From the NCBI GenBank assembly GCA_964394895.1, contig CAYMZJ010000008.1, positions 35,240 through 99,239 of the forward strand: a stretch of DNA of 64,000 nucleotides, in the 5' to 3' direction. Both the position numbers and the translations under genes were made by a program. The notes beneath the pieces were generated by a model. It was not told the DNA's origin and ran no database searches. It was given only the letters and a program-made list of their open reading frames with translations. Source of the stretch: an uncultured Phycisphaeraceae bacterium (GTDB taxonomy: Bacteria > Planctomycetota > Phycisphaerae > Phycisphaerales > UBA1924). Shown piece by piece: positions 9,831 through 20,083 of this stretch; position 1 is the first letter of the stretch; the number at the start of each line of letters is the position of its first letter.

Positions 9831-11645
9831 CTATTCGTCCAGAGACGGGAGAGGGAGGCTATAGATTCTTGCGATGTCGCGCATCATCTGTTTGGCGTCT
9901 TGGATGTCGGAATGCTCGTCAATATCCGGGTTTGACGCCAGGAGATTGAGCTGCGCTGCGACGACCTGCTGGAGGTAGCCCAACGCCCACCGTGGCTCCC
10001 CAAGCCGCGCCCTCGTCTCGGCGAACGTCATGGCAAGACGCAGCAGGCGTTGTTTGACCCGCCCGTCAGCGTCGGGGTTGATCGCGCCGGGATCGAAACT
10101 GAACCGCTCTCGTTGTGCCGCGAGCAGGGAAAGCGCTTCGCCCGCGCGCCCAGACATGTTGAGCGCTTCGGCATACACCTGGAGCGCACGGAGAGACTGC
10201 TGACTGTCCCGCGGATACACCCTGTACGTGCTGTCCAACGCGATCATGTACGCATCGGCCGCGAGCGCCGGCAACCGAAAGGACTGCAACTTGGTGCCGA
10301 TAATGTCAAACGCGATCTGGTGGGTATCGGCGTCCAACGCGGACTTCGGATACAGCTCCAGGAGTGCGGCAAAGTCCTGCTCGATCCGCTCCATGTCTCG
10401 GTCGCCGGTGATGCGAACAATCAGCTGGAGCATGTCATTACGAGTGCTGTTCTGGATGTTCGTACGCCACTGAATGACGAGCACGACCGCGAGCACCCCG
10501 ACAACCAAGGCCGCAACCGAGAGCACACCCCGGTGCCGACGCACATACCGGCGACACCGGTACGCAGCCGACACAGGCTCGGCCCGAATCTCGGTCCCCT
10601 CAAGATATCGATGAAGATCGTCGGCCAGCGCAGCCGCTGTGTCGTACCGCCGGCGGGGGTTGCGGTCCATCGCCTTGGTGATGATCGCTTCCAACGGCCC
10701 CCTCAGGTGAGGGTGCGTGGTGCTGACCAGCGGCGGGTCCTCGTGCTCGAGCGCTTCGAGCGCGGCAAGCAGCGGCATGTCTCCAAAGTTGGACAACCGC
10801 TGGCGGGTAAGAAGCTCATAAAGCACGACACCAAGGGCGTAAACATCCGCGCGGGTGTCCGCAGCCGCTGCATTCCCGCCCGCCTGCTCGGGGCTCATGT
10901 ACCCCGGCGTCCCCAGCACATCGCCGGCGCGGGTGGCGAGGGTGTCGAGATCGCCCGGTGCGTGTGGGCCGTGGATGCGCTTGGCGATCCCAAAGTCAAG
11001 CAGCTTCGGATTGCCCCCCTTGGTCACAAGAATGTTGGCGGGCTTGAGGTCGCGATGGATAACGCCGCGATGGTGCGCGTACGCAACCGTGTCGCAGACC
11101 CTTGCCAGAAGCGCAACGCGGGCGCGATCGTCGAGCTTGTGGAGCGCCGCGTACGTATCGATGGGCTTACCCTCGACAAACTCCATCGCGATATAGGGCA
11201 GCACACCAAACTCGGTCGAGGTGGTACCGACCTGGTGAATGCGCGCGATGCCCGGATGGTCGAGCCGCGCGAGGGTCTCGCCCTCAAACTCGAGGCGTTT
11301 GCGGGCGGACTCAGAATCAATCGAGAACCGGAGCACCTTGACCGCCAGCTGCATCTTCGTGCGAGGATCACGCACCCGGTACACCATCCCCGAGGCTCCG
11401 GACCCCAGGTGCTCAAGAACGTCGAAGGGGCCGATGTGCTGTGGCCCCATCGGGCGGAGTTCTTCCTGGGTGGTCGGCTCATCGCTCTGGGCAGGGTCGG
11501 CGTGCCGGAGCATCCGAGCGACCTCGTCGCGAACCTCGGGCTCGTCGGCGCAGAGCGTGTCGAGGCGCTGGGCTCGCTCTGCATCGGGGAGCTCGTGCAG
11601 CATCGCAAAGACCTCCTTGACCTGATCCCACGACTCCGGTTTCAC
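9831..11645 (-). CDS. Serine/threonine protein kinase with TM segment and C-terminal repeat/TPR-like domain
   Basis: Hanks motifs GSGASGMVY, VAVK-like AVKVL, HRDLKPANIL, DFGIAK, SPEQ; GTG start (MKPESWDQVKEVF) overlapping stop of upstream ECF sigma (GTGA). Confidence 0.85.
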   Translation of the reverse strand: MKPESWDQVKEVFAMLHELPDAERAQRLDTLCADEPEVRDEVARMLRHADPAQSDEPTTQEELRPMGPQHIGPFDVLEHLGSGASGMVYRVRDPRTKMQLAVKVLRFSIDSESARKRLEFEGETLARLDHPGIARIHQVGTTSTEFGVLPYIAMEFVEGKPIDTYAALHKLDDRARVALLARVCDTVAYAHHRGVIHRDLKPANILVTKGGNPKLLDFGIAKRIHGPHAPGDLDTLATRAGDVLGTPGYMSPEQAGGNAAAADTRADVYALGVVLYELLTRQRLSNFGDMPLLAALEALEHEDPPLVSTTHPHLRGPLEAIITKAMDRNPRRRYDTAAALADDLHRYLEGTEIRAEPVSAAYRCRRYVRRHRGVLSVAALVVGVLAVVLVIQWRTNIQNSTRNDMLQLIVRITGDRDMERIEQDFAALLELYPKSALDADTHQIAFDIIGTKLQSFRLPALAADAYMIALDSTYRVYPRDSQQSLRALQVYAEALNMSGRAGEALSLLAAQRERFSFDPGAINPDADGRVKQRLLRLAMTFAETRARLGEPRWALGYLQQVVAAQLNLLASNPDIDEHSDIQDAKQMMRDIARIYSLPLPSLDE

Positions 11646-12226
11646 AGCCGCTTCTCCTCGTCCAGCTCCGCACGCAGCCACGCCTTGGCAGCCGCCCACT
11701 CCCGCTCAACGGTCCGGAGCGAAACGCCGAGCGTCTCGGCAATGATGTCGTTGCCGAGTCCACGGTACAACCGCAACTCGGCGATCTCGGCCGCGCGAGG
11801 GTCGCGCCGCCCCAGCTTATCCAAAGCCTCTCGCACAGCCGAAGCCGTAGACCCGCCACGCGGTGCCGGGATTGCCTCCACATCAAGCCCGACCCGTTCA
11901 CGGTTGCGCCCGCGCTTGAGCGCCTTGCGGTCGCGGCCGTAGTTGATGAGCACCCGCTTCATCATGCCCGTGGCGGCGGCAAGAAAGCCCTCGGGCGAGT
12001 CCCACAGCCGCTTCCGCTGCCGCGCCAGACGAATAAACGCCTCGTTCACCAGAGCCGTGGGACTGAGCGTGTGCGAGCGACGCTCGCGGCGCAGGAGCTT
12101 GTCGGCGGTGTTGTGGAGGGCTGGGTAGTTCTGGGGGCTGATCTCATCGAGATCATCGGGCCGCGCGGGTGTGCCGGTGGATTGGATCGTGTCTTGGGGT
12201 TTGGGGTGACGTTCTCGCACACGCAC
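11642..12226 (-). CDS. ECF-type RNA polymerase sigma factor (kinase-associated ECF class)
   Basis: Region 2 TALVNEAFIRL, region 4 HTH AEIAELRLYRGLGNDIIAETLGVSLRTVEREW; start placed at GTG where GC3 codon bias begins (track ORF to 12343). Confidence 0.75.
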   Translation of the reverse strand: MRVRERHPKPQDTIQSTGTPARPDDLDEISPQNYPALHNTADKLLRRERRSHTLSPTALVNEAFIRLARQRKRLWDSPEGFLAAATGMMKRVLINYGRDRKALKRGRNRERVGLDVEAIPAPRGGSTASAVREALDKLGRRDPRAAEIAELRLYRGLGNDIIAETLGVSLRTVEREWAAAKAWLRAELDEEKRL

Positions 12227-12343
12227 AGTGTATTCACTTTCTGTGCTCGTGAAAAGAAATAGTGCAACAGGTGGTGGCCTGAGCATCGGTCGCGTGCGAT
12301 CGGTATACGGAATCACACTCAACATCAAGAAAGGAGTTACCAA

Positions 12344-13495
12344 ATGTCAATCAAGAGCCACCTGTTTCGGCACGGCGTTCTCAGTCTGTTCGTTCTTGGT
12401 TCGTTCTCTGCGATCACACACGCCCAGAACGTGAACAGCATCAAGACCCTCCAGTGGGAGTTTCGCTCAGCGAACATTGCAAGGGTGCGCGGCGGATACA
12501 GCCTGACAGCAAAGGCGTACTCGGGCGGCACGCACGGAAGGAACAAAGGCTGGCGAACCGCCAGGCCAAAGCGGCGGGCGACATGGCTTGTGAATGCTGT
12601 CAACGGGCTGCCTGTGGTGACGAGCACCATCACCAACAATGCGGAAACCCACGCCATCGGGACAGGAACCTCCTCGGTCTCGGCTCTCCGAGCGGTCGTG
12701 ATCTCAAATCAAGGTGAACGCCCGCCGCGCTACAGGGTGACAACAACGACATCCGCCGGGGGGAGTGATGTCCTCGGAGCCGCGCATCAAGACGGATGGC
12801 AACGGGCAAGGCATCGCGCAAAGGCCATCGTCAAGGTGAGCAACGCAAAGGTCAAGGGCTGGGCATTGACAGCCACGATCAATGGCGTCACTGTCGGAAC
12901 GCGCACCGGCCGAGGACGCCCAAACGGAACGATCAATGAAGGGGGGCGCAGCTTTCACGATCCAATCATCGTGACAGTGACCGAAACCGCCACCGGCGAG
13001 TCGTGGTCCCAAGAACTGTTCAGCTTTGATCTGATCGCCCAGAACGGCGCCGGTACGCCCGTGTTCTGGGAGTACGACACCTCGAGAGGCGTGATGCTGG
13101 CAGCCGAACCCAACGCCGACGGCATCATTGACGGTACCATTTCTATGAACGGCTCCTCGAGCAGTGAGTGGCTCGTCGATTCCTTTGGTGACTTTGGAGC
13201 AACAATCACCGACGGCACGTTCGACGCGACGGGCGCATGGGCCGATCTGCCATGGGACCTCACGATGATGGGGTTTGACGTGGTGATGGCGGAGCTCGCA
13301 CCAGAGTACATGCCGACGGTGTTTGATTACGTCGTCCCCTCTGATCTGCTGAATCCAGAGAGCGTCTACAGCCAGAGTCTGGCGTGGGACGATATCGACG
13401 AGGGTGACGTATTTCAGGGCAGCGTGCCCGCCCCGGGACCGGTTGCTTTGCTCATCGTGGCAGGACTCACAGGGCGCACGCGGCAGCGGAGGTAA
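12344..13495 (+). CDS. PEP-CTERM-like secreted protein
   Basis: Signal peptide, C-terminal VPAPGPVALLIVAGLTGRTRQRR. Confidence 0.7.
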   Translation: MSIKSHLFRHGVLSLFVLGSFSAITHAQNVNSIKTLQWEFRSANIARVRGGYSLTAKAYSGGTHGRNKGWRTARPKRRATWLVNAVNGLPVVTSTITNNAETHAIGTGTSSVSALRAVVISNQGERPPRYRVTTTTSAGGSDVLGAAHQDGWQRARHRAKAIVKVSNAKVKGWALTATINGVTVGTRTGRGRPNGTINEGGRSFHDPIIVTVTETATGESWSQELFSFDLIAQNGAGTPVFWEYDTSRGVMLAAEPNADGIIDGTISMNGSSSSEWLVDSFGDFGATITDGTFDATGAWADLPWDLTMMGFDVVMAELAPEYMPTVFDYVVPSDLLNPESVYSQSLAWDDIDEGDVFQGSVPAPGPVALLIVAGLTGRTRQRR

Positions 13496-13663
13496 GACGG
13501 CCAAGACGCCCCGGGGGTTGACCGCCAGCCTGTGGGCATCACCCGACGCAACAGCCTGTTGAACCACACGAAAGAACCCCGCCGATGTTGCGGGGTTCTT
13601 TTTGCCCCGAAGAGCTTGGCAGAAGCGGTCGTGGTGAATCGGGCAGTATCCAGAGAGCAGACC

Positions 13664-14701
13664 TCACACCCGCCACAAACTACTCGCCCACGTCAGCCCC
13701 GCACCGAACGCAAGAAACATCACCCGATCGCCCGGCTTGATCCGCCCGCTCCGGGTCTCCTGATCGAGAATCAGCGGGATCGACGCGCCGACGGTGTTCC
13801 CGAACCGGTCGATGTTGATGTAGAACTTGTCCTCGGGGATGTTGAACCGATCGCGGGCTGTCGAGAGGATGCGGGCGTTGGACTGGTGGCAGATATAATG
13901 ATCGACATCGTCGGGGGTCAGGTTCGCTTTGTCGAGGGTCTGCCCGATGAGTTTGGGAAAGGTGCTGACCGCGAACTTAAAGATATTGCTGCCGTGCATG
14001 ACAATGCGGTTGATCTTGCGCTCGTCGTAGTCCTCGGCGTTGAGAAACATATGTTTATCGGTAGGGATATAAAGGTGTTGTGCCCCGCAGCCGTCAGAAT
14101 GCATCGCCTGTGCGATAAGGCCTTTCGACGGGTCCTCTGTCGCCGAGAGCACGCAAGCCCCGCCGGCATCACCAAAGAGGATCGCCGTTGTGCGCCCCAG
14201 ATTGGAGAACTCACAAAACCGAGTCACACAATCAACCCCGAGCACCAGCGCGTTGCGGTACGGAGCAGTCGTCATCAGCGCGTGGGCGGTGTTCATCGCG
14301 TAGACGAAACCCGAACACGCCGCATTCAGATCGAACGCGGCAATCGTGCGCGTGCCCAGCGACGCGGTCAGCAGATTCGCGATCCCCGGCGTGGGCATGT
14401 CGGGCGTCATCGTGCCACAAACGATCAGGTCGAGTTGGTCGCCAGCCATGCCCGCGGCTTCGAGCGCATGCTGTCCGGCCAGGGTCGCCAGGCTCGCAGT
14501 GCTCTCGCCCGCCTTGGGATCGTGGATGTGCCGCGAGCGGATACCCGTGCGTTGGGCGATCCACTCGTCAGAGGTGTCCATCACCGATTCGAGGTCGGTG
14601 TTGGTCACCCGCCGTTCGGGCAGCGCCGACCCGGTACCAACGATCGCGATCCCCGAGAGAGGCCCGATCGCGTCGGGCGCGGCGGATGATTCCGGGCTCA
14701 T
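13664..14701 (-). CDS. fabH: 3-oxoacyl-ACP synthase III
   Basis: Active-site Cys in AACSGF, HQSN, FGAGLTW C-terminal motif; start trimmed to MSPESSAAP. Confidence 0.9.
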   Translation of the reverse strand: MSPESSAAPDAIGPLSGIAIVGTGSALPERRVTNTDLESVMDTSDEWIAQRTGIRSRHIHDPKAGESTASLATLAGQHALEAAGMAGDQLDLIVCGTMTPDMPTPGIANLLTASLGTRTIAAFDLNAACSGFVYAMNTAHALMTTAPYRNALVLGVDCVTRFCEFSNLGRTTAILFGDAGGACVLSATEDPSKGLIAQAMHSDGCGAQHLYIPTDKHMFLNAEDYDERKINRIVMHGSNIFKFAVSTFPKLIGQTLDKANLTPDDVDHYICHQSNARILSTARDRFNIPEDKFYINIDRFGNTVGASIPLILDQETRSGRIKPGDRVMFLAFGAGLTWASSLWRV

Positions 14702-15732
14702 GCGGGCTCTCGTTGAGGTGACGCGGCCTCCTGGAGGCTCTGGATCCGTGCCGCGATCTCGTCGTTGACGTGCTTGGTCACATAGTTCCGCGCGTTGCGG
14801 ATCGCGGCCTTGATCGTCCGCGCCTCGCTCGAACCATGAGAGATAAAGCACGTCCCGTTGACACCCAGGAGCGGCGCCCCGCCGCACTCGTGGTAGTCGT
14901 TCTTGGCATGGATCTGTTTGACGACAGGCTCGAACTGAAGCGCGAGATTCGGGTCGGCGTCGAAGACCTCTTGTGCGATAGCTGCGAAGAGACTCTTGAC
15001 GAGCCCCTCGGCCATTTTCAGCACCGTGTTGCCAACAAAGCCGTCGGTGATAATAACATCGGCGACACCGTCGAAAAAATCTCGCCCTTCGACATACCCG
15101 ATGAAGTTAAGATCCGGAGTGTCCCGCAGCAGGTCGCGGGTCTGGCGGATCAGGTCCGAGCCCTTGCCCTCCTCAGCACCGATATTCATAAGAGCAACGC
15201 GAGGCCGCTCGATCCCCAGCGTGCCCCGAGCATAAATATCCGCCATCACGCCGTACTGCCACAGGTGGACCGCTGTAGGCTCGGGGTTGGCCCCGGCATC
15301 GCACAGCACCACAGGCCCGTGGAACGCCGGGATTGTCACCGCAATACCCGGGCGGTGGACGCCGGGCAGCCGCTTCATGTGCATGATCGACGCCGCGACG
15401 CACGCCCCGGTGTTCCCAGCACTGATCGTGCCGTCCACTCGGTCTTTGTGCTTCTTCGAGCCACGCAACGCCGTGCGAACAATGGAACTGTCAGGCTTGG
15501 CGCGGACAGCCTTTGCAGGTGAGTCCGACATCTCGATGACCTGGCTGGCGTGCTCGACGACCAGTCGCGGGTCGGAGCAGCCGTACTCGGCGAGCAACTC
15601 GTTGATGAGCGGCTCGTTGCCGATGAGAATGAGCTGATCTTCGGGCGCAAGAAGATCGAGCGCCTCGACGCATCCTTTCAGGATCGCGTCGGGAGCGTTG
15701 TCCCCGCCCATCACGTCAATTGCGAGCCGCAC
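14698..15732 (-). CDS. plsX: Phosphate acyltransferase
   Basis: VRLAIDVMGGDNAP N-terminus, GNTGA, full-length PlsX similarity; GTG start 5 nt after rpmF stop. Confidence 0.85.
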   Translation of the reverse strand: MRLAIDVMGGDNAPDAILKGCVEALDLLAPEDQLILIGNEPLINELLAEYGCSDPRLVVEHASQVIEMSDSPAKAVRAKPDSSIVRTALRGSKKHKDRVDGTISAGNTGACVAASIMHMKRLPGVHRPGIAVTIPAFHGPVVLCDAGANPEPTAVHLWQYGVMADIYARGTLGIERPRVALMNIGAEEGKGSDLIRQTRDLLRDTPDLNFIGYVEGRDFFDGVADVIITDGFVGNTVLKMAEGLVKSLFAAIAQEVFDADPNLALQFEPVVKQIHAKNDYHECGGAPLLGVNGTCFISHGSSEARTIKAAIRNARNYVTKHVNDEIAARIQSLQEAASPQREPA

Positions 15733-15737
15733 GAGAG

Positions 15738-15938
15738 TCAGTCTCTCGGAACACCGATGCCGAGCTTGGGCACCGAGATTTTCAGGCCCGGGCGGACATA
15801 GCCGGACTCCTTGCACGCGCGGTGGGGAAGCTTGGGCGTCCCGCTCAGGGGGCACATGCAGTGCTTGGCGGGCGTCAGCGAGTCGTGAGAGCGCCGACGG
15901 CGTGTCCGGCCGTAGCTTTGTCTTTGTACGGGAAGCAT
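15738..15938 (-). CDS. rpmF: 50S ribosomal protein L32
   Basis: RRRRSHDSLTP...CPLSG...HR.C..GYVRPG bL32 pattern, 66 aa, immediately upstream of plsX. Confidence 0.85.
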   Translation of the reverse strand: MLPVQRQSYGRTRRRRSHDSLTPAKHCMCPLSGTPKLPHRACKESGYVRPGLKISVPKLGIGVPRD

Positions 15939-16201
15939 GGTCGTGAGTCCTTTCCAAACGTCGCCCGCGCCGAGCGACGGGTGGGATGCTGATCGGTGTC
16001 TGCAGGCTCATACCGGCAACAGGGCCGATTCCAAACCTCCAGATGCCGGCGGCAACGGTAGCGCCAGCAGCCCGGCCGGTCAACGATTCCAGACCCCGAC
16101 GCTGGACGCCGGGCCCGACGCGGATACCATCCAACCGCAACGATCGTCGGCATATCCCGGCGGCCGTTGGCGTGCAGGGGCATTTTCGTACGCCCCGAAC
16201 G

Positions 16202-16274
<73 letters not shown>

Positions 16275-16376
16275 TTTCTTGCGAGCAGGCGGGCACAACC
16301 GCAGGTGATCGAGAGATGCTCACCAGCACCACAACGATCCCCGAGCACAAGCCCGGCCCGCGACCGACTCTCGCAA

Positions 16377-17660
16377 TCACCCGCGAGGCTTCTTCCCATC
16401 ACGCACGTCCGCCACGATCGACGCCCCAGCGATCGCCCCGGTCGACCACGCCCACTGAAAGTTGAACCCCCCGATCCGTCCGTCCACGTCGAGGATCTCG
16501 CCCACAAGCCAGAGCCCCTCGCAACGTCGGCTACGCATCGTGCCCGGGTCGATCTCGCCGAGAAGCACTCCCCCAGCCGTTGCCTCGGCGTGTGCAAACC
16601 CCCGGTCACGGCTGATCGCAACAGGCATCTCCACCAGCGCATGGGCAAGCACCCGCCGCGCGTCTTTGGTGAACTGTGCGCCGGGCTGCATCGGGTCAAC
16701 GCCGTGCGCCGCACAAAGCGCCCGCGCCAGCCGATCCGCCAGCCGCTCACGCAACCACGTCAGCACCCGCGTCGCGCCCAGCCCTCGCAACGCCTCATCG
16801 ACCGAACCAAAGCTCTCACCCATCAGCCACCCCACGTGCAGCGACGCGCCCGGGTCGCGGCCTCGCGCTTCGGTCAACCAACGCGAAGCGTCCATCACCG
16901 CCGGCCCGCTGAGCCCGAAGTGCGTACACAGCAAGTCGTTCTCGAACCGCGCCTGCCGCTTGCCTTGCCCCGAGCGAACTTCAACCGACACTCTCGCGCT
17001 GATCCCCGACAGCCCGGTCAACCACCGTGAACGCTCACCCGTCACCAGAGGCACCAGCGCAGGGATGCACCGCTCGGTCAGCGTGTGCCCGAGCCGGCGC
17101 GCCAGCGGATACCCCCCGCCGTCCGACCCGCTCTTGGGCAGCGCCATCCCCCCCGTCGCCAGCACGACCCGCGCCGCCTCAAATGATTCGTCTGTCCCCG
17201 TCCGCCCGACGACAAACCCGCCGTCAGGAGATGCCTCGACCGCACCCACCCGCCAGGGGTGGACAAGCTCCACCCCGCACCGTTGCACCTCGCCGAGCAG
17301 CGCATCGAGCACCGTCTGCGCCCGATCACTCACCGGGAACAGCTTGCCGGTTTCCTCGCATTTGAGCTCGACCCCCAGCCCCGCAAAGAACGCGATAGTC
17401 TGCGCGACATCAAACCGCCGAAGCACTTTGCCGATGGTATTGCGTGATCCCCCAGCGTATTGCTGCGCATCGACCGCGTGGTGGGTGACGTTGCACCGAC
17501 CGCCCCCCGCAACAAGAATCTTGACGCCGACCTTCTTCGCGCCGTCGAGCAACACCACCCGTGCGCCGGTCCCGGCCAGCCCGCGCCCGACGCACACCGC
17601 CGTCATAAGGCCCGCCGCCCCCGCACCAACAATCGCTACATCAACCCGTTCGCGTGCCAA
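16377..17660 (-). CDS. HI0933/BaiN-family FAD-dependent flavoprotein (aminoacetone oxidase-like)
   Basis: N-terminal dinucleotide-binding VAIVGAGAAGL, HI0933-like full-length pattern. Confidence 0.8.
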   Translation of the reverse strand: MARERVDVAIVGAGAAGLMTAVCVGRGLAGTGARVVLLDGAKKVGVKILVAGGGRCNVTHHAVDAQQYAGGSRNTIGKVLRRFDVAQTIAFFAGLGVELKCEETGKLFPVSDRAQTVLDALLGEVQRCGVELVHPWRVGAVEASPDGGFVVGRTGTDESFEAARVVLATGGMALPKSGSDGGGYPLARRLGHTLTERCIPALVPLVTGERSRWLTGLSGISARVSVEVRSGQGKRQARFENDLLCTHFGLSGPAVMDASRWLTEARGRDPGASLHVGWLMGESFGSVDEALRGLGATRVLTWLRERLADRLARALCAAHGVDPMQPGAQFTKDARRVLAHALVEMPVAISRDRGFAHAEATAGGVLLGEIDPGTMRSRRCEGLWLVGEILDVDGRIGGFNFQWAWSTGAIAGASIVADVRDGKKPRG

Positions 17661-17715
17661 GCCCTCAGCGTAGCAGCACCGCCCGCGACCAAAGAGTCAC
17701 TCGGGGCTCTTGCCC

Positions 17716-17744
17716 ATAGAGCCCCTCGCGCAAGCGAGGGGACA
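17716..17744. repeat. GAGCC-CCCCTCGC-GCAA-GCGAGGGG hairpin element
   Basis: ATAGAGCCCCTCGCGCAAGCGAGGGGAC; identical copies at 20649 and 39451, truncated tandem copies at 39385-39450. Confidence 0.7.
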
Positions 17745-17751
17745 CGTCCCG

Positions 17752-17786
<35 letters not shown>

Positions 17787-17871
17787 GAGTTGCCCGTATC
17801 ACGCAAGAGCAAAGAGAAAACGCTGTGTGCAGCAAGTATCACAAAAACGACGTAAGATTTGCATGGGTGAC

Positions 17872-17896
17872 AACGAGCCTTGTGCGCAAGCACAGG
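17872..17896. repeat. GAGCC-stem-GCAA hairpin element (CTTGTGC variant)
   Basis: AACGAGCCTTGTGCGCAAGCACAGG. Confidence 0.6.
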
Positions 17897-17990
17897 TTGT
17901 TTCTACCTGCAAAGACCAAGGATTCATGATCCCGAGCTTGCGCTCCGGGCTCGTCGAAACGCACAAGAAACTCCTGCAATGCAGATCATT

Positions 17991-19886
17991 TCACGACGCT
18001 TCCAACTCCTCCCACCGCGCATAAAGCCGGGCCACGAGTTCCTGCGCCGCGCTCAACTCCTCGCACGTCCTAGCCATCGCCTCATGGTCGGCAAGCACCC
18101 CGGGATCACCCAGCCGCCGCTCGGCCGCCGCCGCCGCCGCCTCGGCTTCCTCGATCCGCTGCTCGATCGTGTCGTACTCCCGCTGCTCGTTGTAGCTCCG
18201 CTTCTTGCGAGTGGGTGCGGGCGGCGATGACGTTACCGCGGCGGACCCGGCTGACTTTCGCGGCTTCCCATCCTGCGCAACCTCAGCCGCCCGTCTGACC
18301 TGCGCCTTCCGCCACGCGCTCGCCTGCCCCAGCGAAGCGTGCAACGCCCAGCCGCCCAGCCCGTCGAGCGCCAGCACGTCCGTCGCAAGCCGCTCCAGCA
18401 TCGCCCGGTCGTGCGTCACCAGAATCACCGCCCCCGCAAAGCTCTCGATCGCCTCCTCGAGCGTTTCGAGCGTCGGGATATCAAGATCGTTCGTCGGCTC
18501 ATCCAGCACCAGCACGTCGGCCGGCACGAGCATCAGCCGCGCGATATGCACCCGCGCCAGCTCCCCGCCGCTGAGCGAAAGGATCGGCTGGTCGAGTTGC
18601 TCATCACGAAACAGAAACCGCCTCGACCACGCGGTGATGTGCATCTCCCGCCCACGGAACCGCACCTGATCGCTGATCGGGCACAGCGCCTCACGGAGCA
18701 AAGTCGTCGGCGCAAAGTCCTCCCGGTGCTGGCTGAACACCGCGATCCGAGGCATCGGCTCGGCGAAATCAACCATCCCCTCGTCCGGCGCGAGTTCCCC
18801 CGTCAGCACCCGGATGAGCGTCGTCTTCCCGCTGCCGTTGGACCCGAGCAGCCCGACACAACTCCCCGCCCCCAGCGTGATATCCAGATCACGAAAGAGC
18901 GCACGCCCACCGTACGACTTGCTCACACCTTTGGCCGCCACCAGCTTCCGTGTCTTGCGCTCGCTCGAATCAAACCCGACCCGCGCCCCGCTCGAGCTTG
19001 CCGCGGTGTTCCGCGCCCGCAGGTCCGCCAGCTCGTCCATCCGCGCGTAGCTCTCCTGGATGCGCCCCTTCGCCTTCGTCTGCCGACCCTGAGGCCCGCG
19101 CGAGAGCCACGCGATATCCTGCCGCACCAGCCCCGCGATCGCCCTTTGCGCCTCGGCCTGCGCAACCAGAAACTCCTCCTTCCGCCGCAGAAACTCGCTG
19201 TAGTTGCCCTCGACAACGAGAATCCCCTGCGGGTACGCCGGGCTCAGCTCGGCAACCCGCGTCGCGACCCCCTCCAGAAACATGCGGTCGTGCGTCACAA
19301 ACACCGACGCGCTCGACGCCGACCCCCCCGATCCCCCCGCCCCCCCCGGCCCGCGCCGGACAAACTCCTCAAGCCACGCCACCCCCTCAAGATCAAGATG
19401 GTTCGTCGGCTCATCAAGCAACACCAGGTCAGGCTCGCCCCCCGCACTCGCAAGCGCACACGCGATCGACAGCCGCTTCCGCCACCCGCCCGACAGCGTG
19501 CCAGCAAGAGACTCCGCGAGCGAGTCCTCAAACCCCACCCGTGCGAGCATCATGTCGGCGAGTGTCTCCGCCTCGTGCTGGTCGTGGGTGGTGCCAACGC
19601 CGCCCATACAAGAGAACGCGTGCCCGATCACCGCGCCTCTCGCGGTGATGCCTTCCTCGAACCGGTCCTGCTGAGGCACATAGACCGCGTGCATGCCCTT
19701 GGGCGTGGTGAGCGTGCCCGAGTCAACCTCGAGATCCCCGGCCAGCAGCCGAAGCAGCGTGCTCTTGCCCGCGCCGTTTGGCCCGATGATGCCCAGCCGA
19801 TCACCCTCCCCCAGCGACAGCGACACACCCTCAAACAGGGTGCGGTGGCCGAGCGACTTGGAGATATCCCGAGCGGTAAGAAGCAT
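17991..19886 (-). CDS. ABC-F family ATPase (tandem ABC domains, C-terminal coiled coil)
   Basis: Two Walker A (GPNGAGKST, GSNGSGKTT), two signature LSGG motifs, no TM domains; start trimmed to MLLTARDISKSLG. Confidence 0.85.
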   Translation of the reverse strand: MLLTARDISKSLGHRTLFEGVSLSLGEGDRLGIIGPNGAGKSTLLRLLAGDLEVDSGTLTTPKGMHAVYVPQQDRFEEGITARGAVIGHAFSCMGGVGTTHDQHEAETLADMMLARVGFEDSLAESLAGTLSGGWRKRLSIACALASAGGEPDLVLLDEPTNHLDLEGVAWLEEFVRRGPGGAGGSGGSASSASVFVTHDRMFLEGVATRVAELSPAYPQGILVVEGNYSEFLRRKEEFLVAQAEAQRAIAGLVRQDIAWLSRGPQGRQTKAKGRIQESYARMDELADLRARNTAASSSGARVGFDSSERKTRKLVAAKGVSKSYGGRALFRDLDITLGAGSCVGLLGSNGSGKTTLIRVLTGELAPDEGMVDFAEPMPRIAVFSQHREDFAPTTLLREALCPISDQVRFRGREMHITAWSRRFLFRDEQLDQPILSLSGGELARVHIARLMLVPADVLVLDEPTNDLDIPTLETLEEAIESFAGAVILVTHDRAMLERLATDVLALDGLGGWALHASLGQASAWRKAQVRRAAEVAQDGKPRKSAGSAAVTSSPPAPTRKKRSYNEQREYDTIEQRIEEAEAAAAAAERRLGDPGVLADHEAMARTCEELSAAQELVARLYARWEELEAS

Positions 19887-20083
19887 GAAACACCAGCAGG
19901 ACAGGAGCGACAGAACCCAGAGCCCGGGAGCATATGCCCGGAACGGCATACTCCAGAGTGCCGTACACCCGATCGCGGCCGCTCAAATTGAGTAAAAAAA
20001 CGCCTCGTTCTCACTGATGGATGGAGGAGTTCTGTTCAATAATAACACCCTGCATGGTCGGACCTGAACCACGGAGTACAACA

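Noticed and set aside
12071-12343. Upstream extension of the ECF sigma ORF to 12343
   Set aside because: Codons upstream of ~12226 are A/T-ending (cca cca cct gtt gca cta ttt ctt), unlike the strong GC3 bias of genuine genes here; likely 5' UTR.
15875-16183. 102-aa ORF upstream of rpmF (candidate YceD/DUF177)
   Set aside because: Overlaps the rpmF coding region in another frame, Arg/Cys/Trp-rich, no DUF177 CxxC...CxxC pattern; likely spurious. The rpmF-tRNA spacer may simply be non-coding.
18339-19991. 550-aa Arg/Pro-rich ORF antisense to the ABC-F gene, and similar long antisense ORFs (21579-23159, 24835-26433, 26443-27642, 55340-56680, 5521-6390, 10050-11942)
   Set aside because: Low-complexity R/P/H-rich translations with no domain features, overlapping strongly supported genes on the other strand. 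These are typical high-GC stop-codon-poor artefacts.
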